This document shows positions 50,701 to 59,963 of a DNA stretch of 64,000 nucleotides, in pieces; position 1 is the first letter of the stretch, and every line of letters begins with the position of its first letter. Position numbers and translations under genes: made by a program. The notes beneath the pieces are model-generated. The model was not told where the DNA came from, ran no database searches, and was given only the letters and a program-made list of their open reading frames with translations. The stretch is from contig CAUWCC010000003.1 in the NCBI GenBank assembly GCA_963556805.1, forward strand, positions 2,401 to 66,400. The letters are read 5' to 3'. This stretch comes from an uncultured Bulleidia sp. (lineage in GTDB: Bacteria > Bacillota_I > Bacilli_A > Erysipelotrichales > Erysipelotrichaceae).

Positions 50701-50848
50701 AAAGGTCGGGGTATGGCCGAGTGATTACCAAAAGATAAGAGATATCTTGCAGCCGTATCTCTATGTCTTGTTCATTGGTAAAGTGAATGAGGAAGGACAG
50801 ATACAGGCTTCACGGATCAAATTCTTCAAATACAAAGAGAAGAAGTAA
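47774..50848 (+). CDS. dnaE: DNA polymerase III alpha subunit (DnaE, short Firmicute type)
   Basis: PHP domain, GPGRGSAAGS, FERFLNPER, MPDIDTDF, KMDFLGLRNL, YGFNKSHA. ATG 47774 lacks an SD and lies 6 nt after TATAAT. Confidence 0.96.
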   Translation: MTVHLHVRSSYSLLKSTIKIPDLVRKAKEAGMSAVALSDHNVMNGTAEFLSWCQKEGIKPIIGMETDCLYHDRIVPFLLLARDDIGLKGLFKLSSIMAVEHRPCTLEELQAYKKNCFVIVYGEGGWFDSELMHKDMAGVREKLTIMQAEIGTFDVALSYQDSFFWSELNASLRQTAAILHIPCVAVNKIYYLEKDGWGALRAVRAIAENKKLSDTSLPPLKGRYFKDEQEMQALYDTEVLQRTEEIASQCFVTGKTLHTSLPAYPLPPGVSAEQFLTKLCAAGLKKRCHGNVDDRYTARLKYELSVIIRMHFEDYFLIVYDYILFAKKHGIRVGPGRGSAAGSLAAYCLGITEVDPLQYGLLFERFLNPERVSMPDIDTDFPDDKRNEVIAYVREKYGREHTAGIVAYGTLKPRAAVRYAGKILDLYEPDVNVFLKVLGDPRKLHLEDAVQQNRRLQRMISTEKKYSDLYAIAKDLEDLPRNLTQHAAGVVISKDVLTDVVPMADIGSDLLVTQFEAKYLEERGLIKMDFLGLRNLSIIDRIVLDIQKKEPLFSLRQIDYNDPMISEVFQKGDTAGIFQFEADDMKRFLRQLKPDCFTEITAANALRRPGASDGIPDYIANRNDSTHIQWLDESLKPILKETYGIMVYQEQAMQTVQKMAGFSLGKADLLRKAISKKDEQQMQEMARSFVSGCIKNGYTEEKAQEVWKVIAKFGEYGFNKSHAVAYTMISCQLAYLKVRYPLYFYCSLLNGVIGDSSKTAVYVDECRRQGITIEGPSVVHSTDLYMIEDTVLRMPLSCIKEVGTSAAKALTETREEYAFTDFYDFVSRVDLAGLRRSTLENIIKAGAADEFGLSRNTMLQGLDNVLSYAELSHVKKNGKIVMDYDLISKPRLIQYKDLDFEKSLREKEVLGFSLHDDAIRAVKQHFNIDTPGLAAITAQYGKEVKGFGLITNIRELVSKQGRKYCRLYVTDGMTDVKVGVWPSDYQKIRDILQPYLYVLFIGKVNEEGQIQASRIKFFKYKEKK

Positions 50849-50860
50849 GAGAAAGGAGTG

Positions 50861-50878
50861 TCATGTGATATCACATGA
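50861..50878. repeat. Perfect 18-bp palindrome upstream of the response regulator
   Basis: TCATGTGATATCACATGA equals its own reverse complement. Confidence 0.9.
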
Positions 50879-50887
50879 GACAGATAT

Positions 50888-51550
50888 ATGACGAGATTAT
50901 TGATTGTGGATGATGAGGCGGATATTCGCGAAGTTGTGCGGGAATATGCTGAGATCAATGGATATGAAGCAGATGAAGCCGCAGATGGTATGGAAGCACT
51001 GGATAAGATGCGGGAAAGTAAATATGATTGTGTGATACTGGATGTCATGATGCCGCGGTTAGATGGTTTTTCAGCATGCCGTGAGATCAAGAAGATCCAG
51101 GATGTACCTGTGATCATACTATCTGCACGACAAGAGGAATATGATAAATTATTTGGGTTTGAACTTGGGGTTGATGATTATGTAGTCAAGCCGTTCTCGC
51201 CTAAAGAACTAATGGCACGTGTTAAAGTGGCAGTAGAGAGAAAACGTCCGCATAAGAATAACATCATCAAGTTTGATGGTTTAGAAATCGATGTAGAAGG
51301 ACGCACAGTGACAGTAGATGGGGAAAGAGCACCATTGACACCAAAAGAAATCGATCTTCTTTTATGCCTTGTGAATCATCCTAATATTGCATTGTCCCGC
51401 AGCCGTTTATTGAACGAAGTATGGGATATCGACTACTATGGAGACGATAGAACTGTGGATTCGCATGTAAAGATGTTGCGAGCACACCTAGGTAAATATC
51501 GAGAACATATCGTAACGGTGAGAGGAATGGGTTACAAATTTGAAGTTTGA
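50888..51550 (+). CDS. OmpR/PhoB-family response regulator
   Basis: IVDDE, ILDVMMPRLDG, DDYVVKPFSP.EL, LTPKE.DLL, RTVDSHVK.LR, TVRGMGYK. Confidence 0.95.
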   Translation: MTRLLIVDDEADIREVVREYAEINGYEADEAADGMEALDKMRESKYDCVILDVMMPRLDGFSACREIKKIQDVPVIILSARQEEYDKLFGFELGVDDYVVKPFSPKELMARVKVAVERKRPHKNNIIKFDGLEIDVEGRTVTVDGERAPLTPKEIDLLLCLVNHPNIALSRSRLLNEVWDIDYYGDDRTVDSHVKMLRAHLGKYREHIVTVRGMGYKFEV

Positions 51551-52991
51551 TCGTCATGGCATACGTTTTAGATTGATGTGTGCATTCATGTTTTTGGCTG
51601 TTTCGGTGATCTTTCTGCTTGGTGTTCTGCAATTGTCTTTGATCCGGCCGTATTTTCGTCAAACCAAAACAGAAGCTGTCAAAGAGATCGCTATAGAATT
51701 GAAAGAGCAACTACTCTCTAATCACGGGGGATCAAAAGAAGATGTGGATGCCGCTTTCCGACAGGCTGTAGAAAGCAATGCCTGTGTTGTGATCTGTGAC
51801 CCTAGTGGCAAGCAGATCTACAATGCAGATATGCTTGGAGCGGGCTGTGTTTTTAATGGTGGTTCAGATGTCTCAGATGGTCAAAACTATCATGATACAA
51901 AGAATTTGATCGAGCTGGTAAATGATGCAAATGGAGAATTCTCTGTCCAGACAACAAACCTGCGTACATCACAAGAGATGCTCGTATTTGGGCAAAGGCT
52001 GGATGAAGATCTTGCAACATATTATTTATTCATGAATACACCACTGGAGCCAGCCGATAGTTTGATTGCATTATTTTTTGACCAATATCTAGCCTATACG
52101 ATCGTAGTTATATTGGCAGCTGCTTTCTTTGCTGTTTGGTTTTCTGGTCTTTTGACAAAACCTATCCGTAAGATGCAGAAAGAAGCAGTTAAATTATCAG
52201 ATGCAGATTATGATGTTCACTTTGATGGTGGTGCTTTTACCGAAACAAAGAATTTAGCATCCGCCTTGGATACTGCTGCTTCCGAACTTCGTCAGACGGA
52301 TGAGCTGCGTAGAGATCTCATGGCAAATGTCTCACATGATATTCGTACTCCATTGACGAATATCCGTGCCTATGCAGAACTTGTCAGAGATATATCTGGT
52401 AACGATCCTGCAAAGCGTGAGAAACATTTAAATGTCATTATTCGTGAAACAGAATATTTGACAAGACTTGTCAATGAGATGAGCGAATTGTCAAAGATGC
52501 AGTCAGGCAGTTATGTGTTGGAACGTGAGAATATCGATCTCGGTGAGAAGTTATATGATATTGCCGAGATGAATGAACCGTTGATCAAGCAGGCGGATCT
52601 GGATGTTATCATAGAAGTGCCGGAACATTTGATTATTTATGCGGATGATCTCAAGATCGGAGAGGTGATCCAGAATTATTTAACAAATGCGATCAAGCAT
52701 TCTCATGCGGATGGTCGTATTTGGCTGCGAGCATACCGTAGTAATGACCATACCGTACATGTAGAAGTACAGGATGAGGGAGAAGGTATCGCTGCTGGAG
52801 ATTTGCAAAAGATCTGGGATCGTTATCAGAAAGCAAGCCGTTCTTTCACAAGAAACGGCGGCTCTACAGGTCTTGGTCTTGCTATTGTTAAAGCAATCTT
52901 GGATGCCCATGGGGCAAAATATGGTGTATCCTCAAAACTAGGAGATGGATCTGTATTCTGGTTTGAAATTGGAGATTATGATGAAGACTGA
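51540..52991 (+). CDS. Sensor histidine kinase (2 TM, HAMP, HisKA, HATPase)
   Basis: ANVSHDIRTPL H-box, NYLTNAIKH, DEGEGI, GLGLAIVK. Confidence 0.93.
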   Translation: MKFDRHGIRFRLMCAFMFLAVSVIFLLGVLQLSLIRPYFRQTKTEAVKEIAIELKEQLLSNHGGSKEDVDAAFRQAVESNACVVICDPSGKQIYNADMLGAGCVFNGGSDVSDGQNYHDTKNLIELVNDANGEFSVQTTNLRTSQEMLVFGQRLDEDLATYYLFMNTPLEPADSLIALFFDQYLAYTIVVILAAAFFAVWFSGLLTKPIRKMQKEAVKLSDADYDVHFDGGAFTETKNLASALDTAASELRQTDELRRDLMANVSHDIRTPLTNIRAYAELVRDISGNDPAKREKHLNVIIRETEYLTRLVNEMSELSKMQSGSYVLERENIDLGEKLYDIAEMNEPLIKQADLDVIIEVPEHLIIYADDLKIGEVIQNYLTNAIKHSHADGRIWLRAYRSNDHTVHVEVQDEGEGIAAGDLQKIWDRYQKASRSFTRNGGSTGLGLAIVKAILDAHGAKYGVSSKLGDGSVFWFEIGDYDED

Positions 52992-53658
52992 TTATTTATA
53001 CGGGACACCTTATAACATCATGCAAGATAAAGAACTGTATCACTTTAATAGTGATACCGAATTTCTAGGAAGGATGCTCAAGATAAAGGCAGAGGAAACA
53101 GTATTAGATATCGGTACCAATACAGGTGCTTTAATGTTATTTGCAAGTATGCATACAAAGCATCTATGCGGTATCGATCTATTTCCTGAGCAGATTGCAA
53201 GAACACGTAGCAATCTTTTTATGAATGGTCTGGAAGGGGAAACCTATGTATGTCGGATTCAGGACTTTCAACATAAACCTTTCGATGTGATCTTATGCAA
53301 TCCGCCGTATTTCAATACCAAAGACAACCGTTTAAAAAATGATAATATGTATAAAAGAGCAGCTAGGCATGAGGAATACCTAACGCCGGATGAATTGTTT
53401 CAAGCAGTTGGAAGATTATTGCGTAAGGATGGACATTTCTGGATGGTACATCGTGCTTCACGAAGGCAGGAATTGATACATATGGCAGAAAAGCATGGTC
53501 TATATCCTTGCTTGATTCGTATTTCTTATGATCATATTGGCGGTATTGAAAAGAGTGTTGTTATGGTCTTTGGAAGAGAGTTTGGTCCTTGCTATGAAGC
53601 AGCACCTGCTTTTATGGATCAGCGGGATAGTTTTGTGTTTGAGGCATGTGTCAAATGA
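52981..53658 (+). CDS. tRNA1(Val) A37 N6-methyltransferase family (YabB/TrmN6-like)
   Basis: VLDIGTNTG, CNPPYF, ARHE, MVHR..R. Confidence 0.85.
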   Translation: MKTDYLYGTPYNIMQDKELYHFNSDTEFLGRMLKIKAEETVLDIGTNTGALMLFASMHTKHLCGIDLFPEQIARTRSNLFMNGLEGETYVCRIQDFQHKPFDVILCNPPYFNTKDNRLKNDNMYKRAARHEEYLTPDELFQAVGRLLRKDGHFWMVHRASRRQELIHMAEKHGLYPCLIRISYDHIGGIEKSVVMVFGREFGPCYEAAPAFMDQRDSFVFEACVK

Positions 53659-54731
53659 AGTGGATGATGGCAGCAGCTGCAGGGCTGTATTTGTATAGTG
53701 CCGCTGCTTTAGCGAGTTTGATCTGGGGATGGATAAGAGAAAAGAAAGAAGTCAAGGTAAAGCGGATGATAGAAAAAGAAACAGTAGAGGCATTGCCATA
53801 CGCAAATAAGTGGATCCGCTGGATCACAATGTTTGAAAAGAGTCGTAAGGATACACAAGTCTTGTTTACAAAACATGCTCTCTTGCATGGTGTGTTTTTG
53901 GAAAGCAGGGTCCATGGTGCAGATGATTCACTGCTCTTCATTATACATGATGAGAAGGTGATGAATATCTTTTTGCAGGCCGTGGGTCATATTTTAGCAG
54001 ATCGTTTATTGCCGAAAGTTACTTTCAGTGTTTTGTTTACAGATCATGCGGATGGTTCTGCGGAACAGGATCTTGCCTGCTGGATGCGGGATCATAAGAA
54101 ACATTATGATATCTGCATCAGCGATCGCCATAGTGTTGGGGCTGGGAGTCAGGCTTATATAGGTGTACACCGTAAAGCTATGATGCATCTGCGGCAGGAT
54201 CCGGTATATATCAGTGATGAGAAGAAGTATACAGGGATCGATCCGCTTTGGAAGCAGGTGGGTCAATATTTAAATTGGACGGAACGCTTAGAATTATATA
54301 TTCCTTTCTTGCAGAAAGAAGGGTTTGAGACATTATGCAAAGTCTATCCAGCAGCAGATCGTTTCTTTGCGTCAAGGTGCATTGTGGCGGGAGAAGATAT
54401 TCTCATATCAGCAGTAGATGATGCCCAAGCAGAGAATTCACTGACATATATTCGTCGTGAAGCATATAAAAAGCATTGTTCTTTGACAATGCTGCATCAG
54501 TTTCATGGTTCATCTCCTGCAAAACAAGAACATCAAGATTTGATATGCCGTACTATTCGGCAAACAATGCCGGGGGTAGAGCCGATATGTATTTTGTATG
54601 ATGATACGAGTGCATTAGCATTGGAGAAGCTTTGTACTTCAATTTTGATGTTTGCACCACTTGGAGTAGGTTTTGATAACCAGCGTGCTGTAGACTTCTA
54701 TAGTGAGTTGTTATTACCAAAAAAGTACTAA
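53655..54731 (+). CDS. Membrane-anchored M20 peptidase-like protein lacking metal-binding motifs
   Basis: Segments FLQAVGHILADRLLPKVTFSVLF, YIGVHRKAMMHL and TIRQTMPGV...ILMFAPL track M20 carboxypeptidases, but HxD, GRGxxD and DEE are absent. Confidence 0.5.
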   Translation: MKWMMAAAAGLYLYSAAALASLIWGWIREKKEVKVKRMIEKETVEALPYANKWIRWITMFEKSRKDTQVLFTKHALLHGVFLESRVHGADDSLLFIIHDEKVMNIFLQAVGHILADRLLPKVTFSVLFTDHADGSAEQDLACWMRDHKKHYDICISDRHSVGAGSQAYIGVHRKAMMHLRQDPVYISDEKKYTGIDPLWKQVGQYLNWTERLELYIPFLQKEGFETLCKVYPAADRFFASRCIVAGEDILISAVDDAQAENSLTYIRREAYKKHCSLTMLHQFHGSSPAKQEHQDLICRTIRQTMPGVEPICILYDDTSALALEKLCTSILMFAPLGVGFDNQRAVDFYSELLLPKKY

Positions 54732-54763
54732 ACAAAGAAGAAAAGGCAGATATCTATACTAAG

Positions 54764-55633
54764 TTATCTGCCTGATTTCTTTTTCTTTTCAGCATGCAAT
54801 GTATACTTCACGATCTCAGCATCCGCAAAGAAGCGAATATCTTTTTTTGTTGTACCTACACCATTTGAAATATCTAATGTTACATGTTCATTTACTGTAG
54901 AACGTCCGCGTAGATGTGCTTCCGCTCCTTTTGGTGTATAGAGAGCTCCAAACATCCAATATGCCTGCCCGCCATGACTATGTCCTGCTAAGAAAAGATC
55001 AGTTAGATCAGCTGGAACATGGTCGGCTGTATCAGGTGTATGACACATCGTGATGACATAGTTAGAATGCGATACACTGCTGTAGGCAGCATTGACATCC
55101 ACATTTCCGTTAACACAATTATCCAGCCCGACAAGGGTAATCGAACCATTAGATCGTGCTCTTAGAGCAATAGAACTATTCTGCAACACCTCAAACTCAC
55201 TGCCAACATAGATCATATCTACCGCTTTCTTTACTTCTTCATTTTTCTTATCATTATCACCATATACAGCAAACTTTCCAAGAGGAGCATGCAGATGGTC
55301 AAAAGCTTTCGTCAATGTCTCAACTTTCTTATCATCCGGCTGAACATCTTCATCGAACAGATCACCACCGAACAATATGATATCTGCTGAGCAATCATTT
55401 ATTTTTTCAACGAGATTATGAAGACGTTTCTCATCCATGAATGTGCCGTATTCTAGATCAGTGAAATATAAAATAGAAGTACCATCCATGGAAGATGGGA
55501 TCTTTGTACTTGCAATCAGTTCACTACGCACGTGGATATTACGAGGGGCAGCAAAGTATGCATCATAAAGAAAATATAAAACGACGGTGATGCATAAGAT
55601 GACCGCAGTTAGGATTTTAGTTGTATGTTTCAT
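54764..55633 (-). CDS. YkuE-like calcineurin-type metallophosphoesterase, variant active site
   Basis: N-terminal TM; motifs TDLE, GGDLFD, GDND, CHTPD, AGHSHGGQ, SNGVGTT. Start ATG 55633. Confidence 0.85.
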   Translation of the reverse strand: MKHTTKILTAVILCITVVLYFLYDAYFAAPRNIHVRSELIASTKIPSSMDGTSILYFTDLEYGTFMDEKRLHNLVEKINDCSADIILFGGDLFDEDVQPDDKKVETLTKAFDHLHAPLGKFAVYGDNDKKNEEVKKAVDMIYVGSEFEVLQNSSIALRARSNGSITLVGLDNCVNGNVDVNAAYSSVSHSNYVITMCHTPDTADHVPADLTDLFLAGHSHGGQAYWMFGALYTPKGAEAHLRGRSTVNEHVTLDISNGVGTTKKDIRFFADAEIVKYTLHAEKKKKSGR

Positions 55634-55684
55634 ACGAATAATGATAGCATATTTAGAGATAGTGAGATATGAACAGGGGATGTC

Positions 55685-56449
55685 ATGATAAAAAAACTTC
55701 ATATTTTTCAATATAGTACATTGGTCGTAAATGGTAGATATCCAGCACCAGGAGCTATGGAAACATTAGCTAAGCTGCATGGGGCAGGTATTCCTTTTTT
55801 AATTTTGACGGAACAATCGAATAAGACACGTAGTGAAATAGTGAAACATATGATGAAGATGGGGTTTTATCACATGTCGAGTGATATCGTATATACAAGT
55901 ACGATGGCAGCAGCCGATTGGATCGCACGGCAATACCCTGAAAAAGTAAAAGCCTGCTACATTGGCGGCAGTGGTATGCGGGAAGTGCTGGATGATGCTG
56001 GCTTTGAAATCGTCAACGATCATCCCGATTGGTTGTTTAATGGTTTTGATCGCAATGCCGGATATAGTGATTATACGTATTGTCTATCCTTATTGCGCAG
56101 CGGGGCTGTGTTGATTTCTACAGATTCATCTGCTGTAAAGAGCAGTGAAATCGGAGAAGGGGTAGGACCAGGCGCGATATGCAGGATGATGGAATATGCT
56201 TCTGGTAAGAGGGCTTTGGAATTTGGCAGGCCTAGTGTGATCACAACTGCATCTATATTGCGTTATGCTGGGGTAAAGGCAGACGATGTTCTCTTTATTG
56301 GAAATGACTTTAAAAAAGATATCATTCCGGCAATACGATGTCGAATGGATACAGTATATGTGACCAATGGCATGGAATATGAGCTGAATGTTGATGATGA
56401 AATGCATCCTAAGTGGATCATTGAAGATTTAACGGGGTTGATACGTTAA
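55685..56449 (+). CDS. NagD/YutF-like HAD class IIA protein with degraded catalytic motifs
   Basis: Overall NagD pattern (PGA.E, LT..S..T, YTS..AAA, IG..G, FGRPS, IG.D...DI, V..G) but the DxD motif reads QYS. Confidence 0.8.
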   Translation: MIKKLHIFQYSTLVVNGRYPAPGAMETLAKLHGAGIPFLILTEQSNKTRSEIVKHMMKMGFYHMSSDIVYTSTMAAADWIARQYPEKVKACYIGGSGMREVLDDAGFEIVNDHPDWLFNGFDRNAGYSDYTYCLSLLRSGAVLISTDSSAVKSSEIGEGVGPGAICRMMEYASGKRALEFGRPSVITTASILRYAGVKADDVLFIGNDFKKDIIPAIRCRMDTVYVTNGMEYELNVDDEMHPKWIIEDLTGLIR

Positions 56450-56452
56450 GCA

Positions 56453-56481
56453 TTGCAGTTTATGCATGCACCTGATAAAAT
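56453..56481 (+). promoter_or_regulatory. SigA-type promoter of the leuS leader
   Basis: TTGCAG, 17 nt, TG-A-TAAAAT; flanked by a CATTGCAGT/ACTGCAATG inverted repeat. Confidence 0.7.
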
Positions 56482-56490
56482 ACAGTCACT

Positions 56491-56690
56491 GCAATGATAA
56501 AAAAGTATTAGTGCTGGAAGTGGTCAAGAGAGGCAGGGTATGGTGTAAACTGCTGCATGGAAAGTATGAACTCGTTTTTGGAGCAGATGCTGTATCCGAC
56601 AGTGTTGAGAAGCGGAAAGAGTGCGCTGTAAAGCGAACTAAGGTGGTAACGCGTTTTTGGACGTCCTTAGAATATAAGGACGTCTTTTTG
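56491..56690 (+). ncRNA. Leucine T-box riboswitch
   Basis: AGAGA bulge, GGUGUAA loop, GAA-CUC specifier (Leu CUC at 56571-56573), T-box AACUAAGGUGGUAACGCG (56636-56653), terminator GACGUCCUUA/UAAGGACGUC plus U run. Confidence 0.92.
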
Positions 56691-56711
56691 TTTATACAGG
56701 AGGTATATGTT

Positions 56712-59111
56712 ATGGCTTACGATCATAAGACGATCGAAAAGAAGTGGCAGAAGTACTGGGATGAGAATAAGACATTCAAGACAGATGCTCATGATTTTTC
56801 CAAGCAGAAGTACTACATCCTGGATATGTTTCCATATCCATCAGGACAGGGTCTTCATGTAGGACATCCAGAGGGTTATACGGCAACAGATATCGTTGCA
56901 CGTATGAAGAGAATGCAGGGTTACAATGTACTGCATCCGATCGGATTTGATGCATTTGGTCTTCCGGCAGAGCAGTATGCGATCAAGACTGGCAATCATC
57001 CAGAGGGATTTACATACAAGAATATCGATCACTTCCGTGAACAGATCAAGTCCCTTGGTTTCTCTTATGACTGGGATAGAGAAATCCGTACATGTGATCC
57101 GGATTATTACAAGTGGACACAGTGGATCTTCTGCAAGATGTATGAAAAGGGTCTTGCATATGAAGCGGAAATGCCGGTCAACTGGTGCCCAGAACTGCGT
57201 GCTGTTTTGGCAAATGAAGAAGTCATTGATGGAAAGAGTGAGCGCGGTGGATATCCTGTTATCCGTAAACCAATGCGTCAGTGGGTATTGAAGATCACAG
57301 CATATGCGGAAAAGCTGTTACATGATCTTGATCTCGTGGATTGGCCGGATTCTACTAAGGAAATGCAAAGAAATTGGATCGGTAAGTCTACGGGTGCAAA
57401 TGTTGTTTTCAAGGTAGATGGTACAAATAAAGAGTTTACTGTTTTTACAACAAGATGTGATACTTTGTTTGGTGCAACATACTGTGTATTGGCACCTGAG
57501 CATCCATTTGTAGAAGAAATCACGACACCAGAACAGAAGGCTGCCGTAAAGGCATATCAGGCGGAAGCATCGAAGAAGTCTGATCTAATGCGTACAGAAC
57601 TGTCTAAGGAAAAGACAGGTGTATTTACAGGTGCATATGCTATTAATCCAGTAGATGGCAGAAAGATGCCGATTTGGATCTCTGACTATGTATTGGCAAC
57701 ACATGGAACAGGTGCCATTATGGCGGTGCCTGCTCATGATGAACGTGACTATGCTTTTGCTAAGAAGTTTGATCTGCCGATCATTGCTGTCTTGGAGGGC
57801 GGTAATGTAGAAGAAGAGGCCTACACAGGTGATGGTGTGCATATCAACTCTGGTTTCTTGAATGGTATGGATAAGCAGACAGCGATCGATACGATGATCC
57901 AGTGGCTGGAAGAACATCATTGCGGTAATGCACAGGTTGCTTATAAGTTGAGAGACTGGTTGTTCTCAAGACAGAGATATTGGGGTGAACCAATTCCAGT
58001 TGTACATATGGAAGATGGAACGATCCGTACGGTTTCCTGTGATGATCTGCCTTTGGAACTTCCTGTTGTAGAGAATTATCTTCCATCTGAAGATGGGGAA
58101 TCTCCATTGGCACATGCTGGTGAATGGCTGGATGTTGAAATCGATGGGGTAAAGGGCCATCGTGAGACGAATACGATGCCGCAGTGGGCTGGTTCCTGCT
58201 GGTACTATATCCGTTATATCGATCCGCATAACAAGGAAGCAATTGCAGATAAGGAATTGATGGACCATTGGCTGCCGGTAGATCTTTATATCGGTGGTGC
58301 TGAACATGCTGTACTGCATCTTCTCTATGCAAGATTCTGGCATAAGTTCCTTTATGATATTGGTGTTGTTTCCAGTCCAGAACCATTCCAGAAGTTGTAT
58401 CATCAAGGTATGATCCTTGGTGAAAATGGTGTCAAGATGTCTAAGTCTATGGGTAATGTCATTAATCCGGATGAGCTTGTCGAAAGTCATGGTGCGGATG
58501 CATTACGTGTATACGAGATGTTTATGGGACCGCTGGATGCATCATTGCCATGGTCTTCTAAGGGTATGGATGGTGCAAGAAAGTGGCTGGATCGTGTATA
58601 TCGTTTGGCAACGGATGAGAAGATGGTCGTTGCAGAACCGACACCAGAACTGGATTACAGCTATAACTTTACGATCAAGAAGGTCACATCTGATATTGAA
58701 ACATTGAACTTCAATACAGCCATCTCTCAGATGATGATCTTTGTCAATGACTGCTATAAGCTTGGCAAGGTCAATAAAGACATGATGATCGGTTTTGTAC
58801 AGATGTTCTCTTGCTTTGCACCGCATCTTGGGGAAGAACTGTATGCAGATCTGACACATACAAATGGTACGATCGCTTATGTACCATGGCCTGCTTATGA
58901 TGAAAGCAAGCTTGTACAGAGCAAAGTTACGATTGGTGTTCAGGTCAATGGTAAGATGAGAGGTAAGATCGAGATCGACAAGGATGCTGCTAAGGATGAA
59001 ATGCTAGCTGCTGCTAAGGCCCTGCCGACAGTTATTCCGCATTTGGAAGGCAAGACGATCGTAAAAGAGATCGCTGTTCCAGGTAAGATCGTTAATATCG
59101 TTGTAAAGTAG
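56712..59111 (+). CDS. leuS: Leucine--tRNA ligase
   Basis: [50 protein letters not shown]; SD AGGAGG before ATG 56712. Confidence 0.98.
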   Translation: MAYDHKTIEKKWQKYWDENKTFKTDAHDFSKQKYYILDMFPYPSGQGLHVGHPEGYTATDIVARMKRMQGYNVLHPIGFDAFGLPAEQYAIKTGNHPEGFTYKNIDHFREQIKSLGFSYDWDREIRTCDPDYYKWTQWIFCKMYEKGLAYEAEMPVNWCPELRAVLANEEVIDGKSERGGYPVIRKPMRQWVLKITAYAEKLLHDLDLVDWPDSTKEMQRNWIGKSTGANVVFKVDGTNKEFTVFTTRCDTLFGATYCVLAPEHPFVEEITTPEQKAAVKAYQAEASKKSDLMRTELSKEKTGVFTGAYAINPVDGRKMPIWISDYVLATHGTGAIMAVPAHDERDYAFAKKFDLPIIAVLEGGNVEEEAYTGDGVHINSGFLNGMDKQTAIDTMIQWLEEHHCGNAQVAYKLRDWLFSRQRYWGEPIPVVHMEDGTIRTVSCDDLPLELPVVENYLPSEDGESPLAHAGEWLDVEIDGVKGHRETNTMPQWAGSCWYYIRYIDPHNKEAIADKELMDHWLPVDLYIGGAEHAVLHLLYARFWHKFLYDIGVVSSPEPFQKLYHQGMILGENGVKMSKSMGNVINPDELVESHGADALRVYEMFMGPLDASLPWSSKGMDGARKWLDRVYRLATDEKMVVAEPTPELDYSYNFTIKKVTSDIETLNFNTAISQMMIFVNDCYKLGKVNKDMMIGFVQMFSCFAPHLGEELYADLTHTNGTIAYVPWPAYDESKLVQSKVTIGVQVNGKMRGKIEIDKDAAKDEMLAAAKALPTVIPHLEGKTIVKEIAVPGKIVNIVVK

Positions 59112-59118
59112 TAAAAAG

Positions 59119-59164
59119 AAGACAGTGTAATTGATGTGATGTATCATTTGCACTGTTTTTTGTT
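59119..59164 (+). terminator. Terminator after leuS
   Basis: ACAGTGTAA...TTGCACTGT stem plus T run. Confidence 0.7.
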
Positions 59165-59176
59165 ATGATAAGAACT

Positions 59177-59929
59177 ATGAAGTGGGTCATTTATGGGAAA
59201 CAACATCTAGATATCATCATATTACTGCATGGCGGCGGTCTGTTTTGGTGGAATTATAGAGAAGAAGCAGAACTGTTATCTAATAAGTATCAAGTTATAC
59301 TTCCAATCCTAGATGGACATGCTGGCAGTGATCGGTGTTTCACAACGATCCAAGACCAAGCGGCTGCTTTGATCAACGAGATAGATGTACATTGCCATGG
59401 TCACGTGCTATGCATCGGTGGTCTTTCTCTTGGTGCCCAGGTCTTGCTGGAGGTGCTGCAGCAAAGACATGATATTTGCCGTTGTGCATTTGTAGAAAGT
59501 GCATTGATCATACCAAATCGTGTACTTTACTATATGATCCCGCCGGTATTTGGGATGAGCTATGGTTTGATACAAAAGAGATGGTTTGCAAAGCTACAAT
59601 GTAAGTCTTTGCGTATCCGTCCTTCTCTGTTTAAGAAATATTACCATGACACATGTAAGATCGAGAAAGAAGATATGATTGCTTTTTTGCAAGAAAATGC
59701 CATTTATACACCAACAGAGGCATTATCCAAAGTGACAGCCAAGGTATGTATCTTTGTTGGGGAAAAGGAGAAAAAGGTAATGCAGCATTCTGCCGCATTA
59801 CTGCATGAAATGCTTCCTAACAGTTCTCTATGCATCCTGCCGGATCTTTACCATGGTGAGTTTTCTTTAAACCATGGACATGTATATGCCGAAGCTCTAA
59901 TAGCAGTATTGCAATCCTTGGCAATGTAG
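59177..59929 (+). CDS. Alpha/beta hydrolase
   Basis: LLHGGGL, LDGHAGS, GLSLG nucleophile motif, FVGEKE, HGE; probable leaderless start ATG 59177. Confidence 0.85.
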   Translation: MKWVIYGKQHLDIIILLHGGGLFWWNYREEAELLSNKYQVILPILDGHAGSDRCFTTIQDQAAALINEIDVHCHGHVLCIGGLSLGAQVLLEVLQQRHDICRCAFVESALIIPNRVLYYMIPPVFGMSYGLIQKRWFAKLQCKSLRIRPSLFKKYYHDTCKIEKEDMIAFLQENAIYTPTEALSKVTAKVCIFVGEKEKKVMQHSAALLHEMLPNSSLCILPDLYHGEFSLNHGHVYAEALIAVLQSLAM

Positions 59930-59963
59930 CAGGAAAGAGCGTTTTTTGCTATAATTCCACAGT

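Noticed and set aside
56466-56711. 82-aa N-terminal extension of LeuS in the ORF track (similar extensions on dnaE, ispG, rpsT, ribU, dfx and the ABC ATPase)
   Set aside because: They overlap promoters, riboswitches or upstream genes; SD-led or motif-consistent downstream starts fit better.
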